Assembly (NCBI GenBank): GCA_003990765.1
Contig: RBNJ01000056.1
Location: forward strand, 1-45,909
Source: Jimgerdemannia flammicorona
Lineage: Eukaryota
Length of the DNA: 45,909 nucleotides
Direction of reading: 5' to 3'
In this document: piece by piece, positions 38,101 to 45,909 of the stretch
Layout: every line of letters begins with the position of its first letter
Numbering within the stretch: the first letter of the stretch is position 1
Notes under the pieces: generated by a model
Told to the model about the DNA's origin: nothing
The model's input: only the letters and a program-made list of their open reading frames with translations
The model's database searches: none
Position numbers and translations under genes: made by a program

Positions 38101-41032
38101 CTGAATGTCCTCCACCCATACTTCCCACAACCCCTTCTTAGCCAGCAGGGAGGAGTTAAGGTGCCAATGTCCGGGTCCATCTCCACTCCCCCCAAACTGC
38201 CCCTGCCCCAACAGTCCTCAGTGATCAGACCATGGGCACCACTCCACTTCCAATGCCTTCCAAACATCTGCACCCCAGCACTCTGCCATCAGAATCCAGT
38301 CAATCCTTGTGCCCAAGCCATTCACCCAATATGTGTAGACCCTGGCATCACCCCACCTTGTTCTGCCCATATCCCCCAGAGAGCTCAATGTCTCCACCTC
38401 CTCCCATGCATCCAGACCTCCACTTCTACCCCTGGCACTCCTCCCTCCATCAGTTCTGTCCAGATGCAGATCCCTAACCATATTAAAGTCCCCACTGAGC
38501 ACATCAACCCCTTCCTCCAAGAGAATACCCTCCTCCAGCAGCCCCCTAATCCACGCAGTCCTCTCACCTCTAGCCACAGGGCAGTAGCAAGAGCCCACCT
38601 TCACCGGTTCCCACCCTGGCCGATGCCAATCTCCCCAGACCAAGAAATCACCCCAGCTCCTGATTCCCCCCAAGTCTCCTCTGGCCTTCCTCACCAGAAT
38701 TGCTACCTTTCCAAACCAAGCAGTAGCCCCACCCCATTCCCTAGTCCACTCTACCTGATTGTCCTCATCCTCACACCAGACATCCTGTAGTAAAAAGAGA
38801 TCAGCCTCCAATCCCTTGAGCCAAGAGAAAATGTTCTTATGCCTCCCAGAGCCCCTTAACCCATTCACATTCAAGGAGAAAATGTTGGTTGTACTGTTCA
38901 TAAAGAATAATGTTATATCATGTTCCCATCCTCTACAAGTCCACATTCCACTCCTCCTGCACCAAGTCCAAGTCCCATTCAGCAGCTAGTTCCCTCTCCC
39001 CAGCTTCCCGGGCCTCCAACTCTCCCAGAAGTTCTACCATTACCCCATCTTCATGCTCCTCAAAGTCCTCACGATATTCCAGACAGGCCTCCTGCCAGAG
39101 CTGTAGACCATGATGCTCTGCCCAACAGTAGACTGCCTGCTTACCAGCCACCATCCCCAGCTCAGCCTTCCTCACCTCATCAACCTCATACCCCTCCTCC
39201 TCCAGAAAGATTTCCAGAATCTCTACCTTCAGCGCCTCCACTATACCATCTCCACGCAGAATCCATGCCCAATGCTCCTCAGGCATCGCCCGCAAGTCCA
39301 CTTCCCCCAAAGCCTCTGCTGTGAGATTATCCATCACCTTGCACATCCACAACAAGTTCCCCACTTCTTTCCCTCCCAGAGTCCCCAGCCGCCCTGCATC
39401 CAACATCGTGGTGTCCACTCCTACACTGGCAGCCTCATCCCACTCCTCCTCAGGGACATCCACCAGCTCATCCTCACCAACTGCCACCACCTGACCCCCT
39501 TACATCACATCAGGGACCCTAAAGTGCACCTGCTGGGCCCCCTGCATCTGTGTATCCTCCGTCTTCCCTCTCTTCCCAACTGGGCCTCTCCTGATAAGTG
39601 GGGGGGTGGCATCCAACTCTGGCTCCCACACTTCGAAGGTATCATCAGCAAATGGGTCCTTGTCCAGTATCTTCCCAGCCTCTGCCTCCTTCACCTCCAC
39701 CTCCTCTCCTCCTTTACCGGCCCAGACACTGGCCTTAATGCCTCCAGACTCCTCAGCCCCAACCGACTTCTCCTTCATTCCTCCAGTCATACTTGCCAAC
39801 AGCTCCCTCTGCCTCTTGTATCCCTGGGCCCGCTCCCACTGCTTCTTATCCATATGGATATGCTTCCCTCCTACAACCTCCAGATGCGTCGACTCCTCAA
39901 ACAGTTTCCAGGCCTTCGCCCTCCTCTCCACAGCACCACTCAACTCCTCCAGTACCTCCAACAAGTCCTCCCTTTCACCCTTGACACCTTGCAGTTGATG
40001 GCCCCCCACATCAGTACTGAGGGCCAGTCACTCATCTTCCCTGTGGCCTCCATCCCCACCAACTGAATCCTTACATCAACATCACCTGTCCTGATCATTG
40101 TCCCCTCCCACAACTGAAAGCCAATGTCCACCACATCGCCATACTCTACTATCACCTCCTCCACCCTCCTCCTAGTCTCCTCCTTTGTCACAGTAGGCAC
40201 CCCCTTCACCAGCAGCTGTACCACCCTGGGGTCCCACCTCAGGCAGCACATCATTGGAACCATCATCTCACCCACTGCCACTCCAGTCTTCATTGCCTCT
40301 TCCAGTGGGCCTGCCTCCTCGAAGCCCACCTCGACTCCCTCCAGGCCCTTCAAGAACTTCACCAAGGCCGCCCCAGCCACCTGCTTCGAGACAAGCCCCA
40401 AGACCATTCTCGCCGTCACTGCCAAGCCATGGAAGCACAGTGTCACTGCAAACTCCGAGATCGACTTCCTGAGTAATGGTGCCACCACCAGCCCCGTTAC
40501 ACCATCAGCCAGATCTCCCCTCTGCATCGGGAACCCCTGTCCCCCCTGTCCATCAGCCATCACATCTCTTTTTTTTTCCTCCTGATTCACCATTACGCCA
40601 CCATCAGCAGTCCCGCCACTACCCCCAGCAGCTACCCCACTTCTCCCACCTCCCACCGACGAAGGCCCAGCTCCCCCAGCATTCCCAGCCTTCTTCTTCC
40701 CCTTCCCTCCTGTCTGTCCACTACGATCCCCCATCGGCCAACCTCCTGTCCTCAGCATGTCTGCAAAGCTCCTTCCCTGTAGCCCTCTAGCCCCCCCTCC
40801 AATGCTGCTTCCACTACCCAAGCTGCCCTGCCCACCTGAGCCACCAAAAGACCCCATTCCCAGTCCATACCCTCTCCCAACATGCTGTCAGTTGAAAGCC
40901 CCAGGTCCACCTGACCTAGTACGTGCATTGGCTTGCTTACTAGTCGACATTGCCTTAGTATCTTTCTCCAATAAATGACTCGAAAGTGTGTTGTAAAAGT
41001 GTGTGTAACACGAATTGTAGTGGAGAAAGGTG
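35141..41032 (-). mobile_element. Full-length L1/Tx1-like LINE, copy L-D (~5.9 kb) with poly(A) tail and TSD, nested in the hAT
   Basis: Poly(T) at 35141-35174. TSD TTACTTTCATCTC at 35128-35140 and 41033-41045. ORF1 40950-38933 and ORF2 38901-35243 (APE, RT, zf-RVT-like, ends PPRGIG*), with stops and frameshifts. Confidence 0.95.
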
Positions 41033-41110
41033 TTACTTTCATCTCTCATTCTTTTCATCTTATCCTTCACTTTGTCTCATCCTTTACTTCGCCTCACTTA
41101 ATTCACCACT

Positions 41111-42513
41111 ATGTTGAGAAAATATAGATATGACCCCCCAGTCAATAAGTATTTACTTGGCTCTCTCCAAGCTCAATGTGCTTCAGCTTGCTGTCCCAAA
41201 GCTCGGTGCCCTAAAGATGTCCAGCTTGCTGATACCCAGCCTGCTGAGCTTACCAACACCCAGCCTGCTGAGCTTACTGACACCCAGCCCACCAAGCTTA
41301 CCAATACCCAGCCTGCTGAGCTTGCTGACACCCAGCCTGCTGAGCTTGCCAACACCCAGGTTGCTGAGCTTGCTGACTCTCAGCTCGCTAACCCTCAGCT
41401 CTCCAATCTTCAGCTTGACTGCCAGCTTGCTACTGGTCTGCAAGCATAAGGTCCCCCACCAGATCCCAATAATGTAGCTCAAAAAAGTTAGTTTTTTTTT
41501 TTTTTTTTTTTCTTTTTAAATCAATGTCTGAATTTTTTTCCTAATAACATTCAAAATATACATATCCTCCAGCTTCTAAGCCTGGGCCAGAGCACAAATC
41601 TTGCTACAATTTCCATTTTTGCCATCAAGTTTGCCCAAGCACTACCTGGAAGCATTGCCAAACCAATTTCCCAGATGCCCCAAACCTCACAGAGAAAAGG
41701 CTTTATAAATTGGACATTAGGCATGCTTTCACTGCAGCCAATAAACACATTAAGAAAGTATATGATGACCAACTGAGGCAAGATGTCATAAGAGTGATAG
41801 AAAACCATGTGAAAATCATGGAACATTTGTCATACCACACTGGCTTCAAGGTGAATGCCAAAGCATGGAATAAGCAAGATTGTCCAGATGGAATTGTCAT
41901 CATGGATGAACACAAAAAACTGCTGGCCATATTTGAATGAGTACTAGTGAAGAACAATAAAATGCTTTATATGTGACTGATGGATGGCAGGCTTGGGTAT
42001 TTTGTTGAGAGGGGTGGTAGTGGAGGAGATAGAGAGGTGAGAGAGGTTGGTACCAGTGGAGGGGTCAGCACCTGTGGAGAGGTCAGTGGAGAGGTCAGTG
42101 TGGGGGAGGTTGGTGCAGGAGAGGTCGACATGAGGGAGATCAGTGTGGAGGAATATAGAGAGGTCAGTGTGGGGGAGGTCAGTACAGGAGAGGTTGGTAC
42201 AGAGGAATATGAGGAGGTCAGTGCAGGGGAGGTTGGTGCAGAGGAACATGGAGAGGTCAGCATGGGGGAGGTTGGCACAGAGAAATATGGAGAGGTCAGC
42301 ACAGAGGAATATGGGGAGGTCAGCATAGAGGATGAAATGGAGGTTAGCATAGAGAAGGTCAGCACAGAGGAGGATATGGAGGAAGAGGATATAGAGGAAA
42401 GCAGTTTGGAATATATGGAGGAAGATGGTTCAGAATATGAGAAAAAGGAGGATCAGTTGGTTTATAGCAATATAGAGGAGGAGGATCAGTTGGTTTATAG
42501 TAATAAAGAGTAA
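41111..42513 (+). pseudogene. Putative second (cargo) gene of the hAT, unknown function, degenerate
   Basis: 24-bp tandem coding-like repeat at 41225-41420, a probable intron from GTTAGT at 41487, then one frame ~41560-42513 (CYNFHFCHQVC..WKHC...IVIMDEHKKLLAIFE*...EVSVGEVG repeats) broken only by two TGA codons. Confidence 0.55.
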
Positions 42514-42669
42514 GATCTGTTCATACCAGCAAGTTCTTTATTTTCCTGATTTACTTCTTATTTATTTCTGATTTCATTTTGATTTCTGATTCCTAATTAT
42601 GTTTCTGTTATTTATTCTAAATATATATCTTAGATATGCAATATATTTTTTTTGGTACCTTGTAACTTA

Positions 42670-42960
42670 AAGACAGATTAAAGATGGGTCTGTATTGAGT
42701 TAAATACAGGTCAGAGTTGGATCACATATATTTCTCAGGTTGGGTTAAAGATGAGTTATATATAATTCTGGATTGGGTTAAAGATGAGTAACATATGTTT
42801 CTAGGTCAAGTTAAAGATGGGTGAAGTTTAATTCTAGGTCAGGTTAAAGACAGGTGATATATAATTCTGGGTCAGGTTAAAGATGGGTGATGTATATTTC
42901 TGGGTCAGGTTAAAGATGAGTGACATATTATTCCAGGTCAGGTTAAATATATACATAGGT
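42670..42960 (-). repeat. hAT right subterminal repeats
   Basis: GGTTAAAGATG(G/A)GT...TCTGGGTCA repeated about every 36 bp, inverted relative to 31080-31440. Confidence 0.85.
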
Positions 42961-42982
42961 TGGCTCAGGTGGCAATGCACTA

Positions 42983-45014
42983 CCAATAGGTGCTGGGTGA
43001 GGAGCAGTGGGACTTTGTTGGAAGTAGACTTATTAAAGATGGGACAGCCTGGGTTCATGAAATCATTGAAGAGATATGGACTAGTGGATTGAATGGGAGA
43101 CTGGTCTTTTTGGACCAGAAGAAGGCCTATAACTGTGTTCAGCAGATGTGGCTAGACAAGGTGCTAGATAGAATTAGTATTCTTCTATAATTTTGAGCTT
43201 CTATATTGAATCTGTTGGAAGGCAGTAGAGCAGCTCTGATGTGTAATAGTCACTGGGGTCTGGCATTTCCCTTGGGAAGGAGGGTTTCTCAGAGAGATCC
43301 ACTGTCCCCTATTCTATATACCCTTTCATTAAAACCTTTTGTAGATAGGATTTGCTGGAAGGTTGCAGAGCTCTCTGTTTATGGTATGGTATAGAAGATG
43401 GGGGCCTTTGTGGATGACATGGTGGTTGAACTTGGATCAGTGGTAGATGTTGAGGTACTTAAGATGATGGTGGAATGATATGAGGCACACTCTGGAGCAA
43501 AACTCAACTGGCATAAGTGTGAGACAATGTGCTGGGAAATAGGCTAGTAGGAGGGGATATCATTGGAACAATTGTTCCTACAGGAGAGGCAGTGTAGTAC
43601 TTGGGCATCTTTCTTTTAGTATATAGCTCTATCTTGCCCCAAGCATGGTGGGAGAGAAGGGTGGCCATCTGGGGGGGGGCTCTTAGAGGTTGGGGAGGTT
43701 GTCACATCTCCCTGGTAGACTGGGTATCAATTCTGAATGTCTACTGGTTTCCCAAGCCATGGTATATTGCTTATTACTTGAATTTTCCAGCTTGGATGGT
43801 GAAGAGACTGATGAAACTAGTTAGAGATTAGATTTGGACAGGGAGGTAGTCTCAGATTAGTTGGAATACCCTTGCAACACTGATAGTTTGTAGGGGGCTA
43901 GAACTGGTGGATTTTTCTAAGAGACTATACTGCCTGGGAGCTTGGTGATTGAGACAGACTATTGAACTGCAGGGAGGGAGATGGGTGCTGCTGATGCAGA
44001 AGGTGTGAGAGATAAGATTCTCCCTGTGAGGGTCCTTGGGAGATTTGCTATCTCTGATGGATCTGGGAGAGAGCTGACAGCTACAGTATAAAGGCTTCTG
44101 GTGGGGGGTGGCAAATGGTGCACACTATATAGACCTGCACTGACATAGTAATGAGAGGGAGATACAGTGGGGACCAGCTATGTAGCAATGAAACAGACTG
44201 CTTTTGGGGGGCACTCTACTCACAGAGTTTGATATTAGTGATGGAGTAGAGTATCAGTAAGGACTTGGTCAGAATCTTTGGCCAAGCAGTTGACAGGTAG
44301 TGGAGATTGGTAAGGAGTGGAACTGGGCAGAAGTCTGGTCATGGAGTGCTGAGGTGTGGAGGTAGATTCCTCCCAAGTTCTGGATAGTATAGTAGCAGAT
44401 ACTGTGGAGGAATATCATATTGAATTTCCATATGAGATACCTGGTGGATGGTGGACAATTAGAATGTGAGGAGTGTTATAATATAGGATAAGTTGGAGGA
44501 TCTGTGCAGATGCCAGAACATTGGCGGAGAGAGTATGAGATTTTGGGGGACTTTTGGATCATAGTAGGAGACTAGCTGGGTGTTAAGAGGAAATCAGATG
44601 GGGAGAGAGGTCACTGGGAAGATTTGAAATCTAGGTTAGTGGGTGGTATGGGCAATGAATAGCTCACTGTAGGGTGGATTTTAGCTATATAGGTAGGGTT
44701 GGCTGGATATTGGCTCTTTGTTTTTTAGAAGAGGTGATAGCTGAGTTTGTAGAAGAAATTGTTAAGATGAGAGGAGTTGATGGGAGATTTGCTAATAGGG
44801 TGGTGGATGGGATGGGGTCTCTAGGGTGAGTGTCATCACTGTCTGGTAGAAGGGATCTGTGAACAGAGTAGTGGACAGGTAGTAATGGTTAATGACCTAG
44901 TAGTCTTTAATCAGGAGAGTATGGAGAAGGGGCCCCTAGAGGGATTGGATAGAGGTGGGATCAGTGTATTTTATATGGGATAGATGAGTGTGTTAATAAA
45001 GGAAGGAGTCTAAG
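42983..45014 (+). mobile_element. LINE copy L-C, 3' part (RT, zf-RVT-like, 3' UTR; no poly(A))
   Basis: Resumes at VLGEEQWDFVGSRLIKD and carries LDQKKAY, QRDPLSP, AFVDD and the end PPRGIG* (44952). 3' UTR matches L-D up to GGAGTCTAAG. Confidence 0.92.
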
Positions 45015-45909
45015 AGAGTCAGCCAACCTTGAGCATCAAGTGCTCAGTATAAGTTACCTACAGGTCCTCAGTACCTGTGGTGGGGCCCTCTGGTATTGGC
45101 AAGCTTCCCAGTGAGCACGGTTCTGATATAAGTGACTGTTTTTTGGGTATTGTTGGGATGGGAGGGGAGATGGCTGTCACAGATAGGAGGAAGGATGATA
45201 ACAGTGAACCAGTGGGGTGCCAGGCTAGGGGTAGTTATTGGGGCTGGGGTGGACAATATTTTGGTGGGGCCTTTCGATTGGCTGGTGGGGGGTGGGGTGG
45301 TGCAGGGACTGGTGTCCTGGCTGTACCCAACTGGAACCAGGAGCTGACACAGCAATGCAATCAAGGCCTGCAGGCTTGGGGAGTAGGGCCTTCCTCATTT
45401 GGCTATACCCAACTGGAACTGAGAGCTGATATGGTAATGTGATTGAGGCCTGCAGGTTCGGGGAGTGGGAGTGGGGTCTTTTCTGGTCCTAGCCCATATG
45501 TAATTTTTTGTGGAAGATTCTGCATATAAGTTCTTTACTCACCTGCTTTGAATCTGCTTTGCTCTCTATTAGTTGGTTGGGGGATTTTTCTTTTGCCTTA
45601 GGCTTTCTTTTGGGGTTCAGGAAGCTATTCTTTATTCAGTCCCAGCACTGCTAGATCTGATGCATAGGTGTGCTCTTGCATGTAAATGACGATCCTGCCC
45701 TGGTGAGCAGACAAGTCTAGTCTATATTATAGGGGTCAATGTAGCCAGTGTTTGACAGGCATAGCTGGAGTAGTGGGACTGCTGGACAGTTTAGTAGCCT
45801 AGGTTAATGAGGGTATATTGTTTGGTGGGTGGTGGGGGAGGGTTTTGGCCTATATAGTCTAGGTTCCCTTCTAATAAAAATCTGCAGGACTATGAGTTCA
45901 TTTAAAAAA
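45015..45909. other. Unclassified CpG-depleted sequence, probably another TE fragment
   Basis: Abuts the truncated L-C end, has few CpG and an ~82-bp direct repeat (45319, 45401). No recognisable domain. Confidence 0.35.

Larger units (their letters stand above)
31059..42982 (-). mobile_element. hAT-superfamily DNA transposon (~6.0 kb native, 11.9 kb with nested L-D)
   Basis: Imperfect TIRs TAGTGCTCTGCAAACCTGA / TAGTGCATTGCCACCTGA. 8-bp TSD CCAACAGA (31051-31058) / CCAATAGG (42983-42990), versus CCAACAGG in uninterrupted L-D. Mirror-image subterminal repeats and a hAT transposase remnant are present. Confidence 0.93.

Noticed and set aside
35489-40978. Long + strand Pro/Ser/Leu-rich ORFs over the LINEs (e.g. 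39110-40066, 37975-38790, also 1465-2217)
   Set aside because: They are antisense shadows of G-rich LINE coding sequence, with inconsistent boundaries between copies.

Overview
Eukaryotic, intron-bearing genomic DNA, most likely fungal. The gene families and intron style suggest Mucoromycota, but that is an inference. One intact host gene, an 8-exon class 3 lipase (18845-21010, +, 524 aa), sits in a CpG-rich island (~14840-24440) between two nested transposon clusters. The left cluster is a DIRS-type tyrosine-recombinase retroelement remnant invaded by a Ty3/Gypsy-like gag-protease-dUTPase element, which was itself hit twice by an L1/Tx1-like LINE. The same DIRS remnant carries a TSD-flanked, poly(A)-tailed retrocopy of a SAM-methyltransferase mRNA. 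The right cluster holds a second Gypsy fragment, a 90-bp tandem array, and a LINE split by an 8-bp-TSD hAT transposon. That hAT carries a divergent cargo ORF, two back-to-back palindromes and another full-length LINE. All TE copies show C>T/G>A hypermutation whose load tracks nesting order. No RNA genes or CRISPR arrays were recognised.
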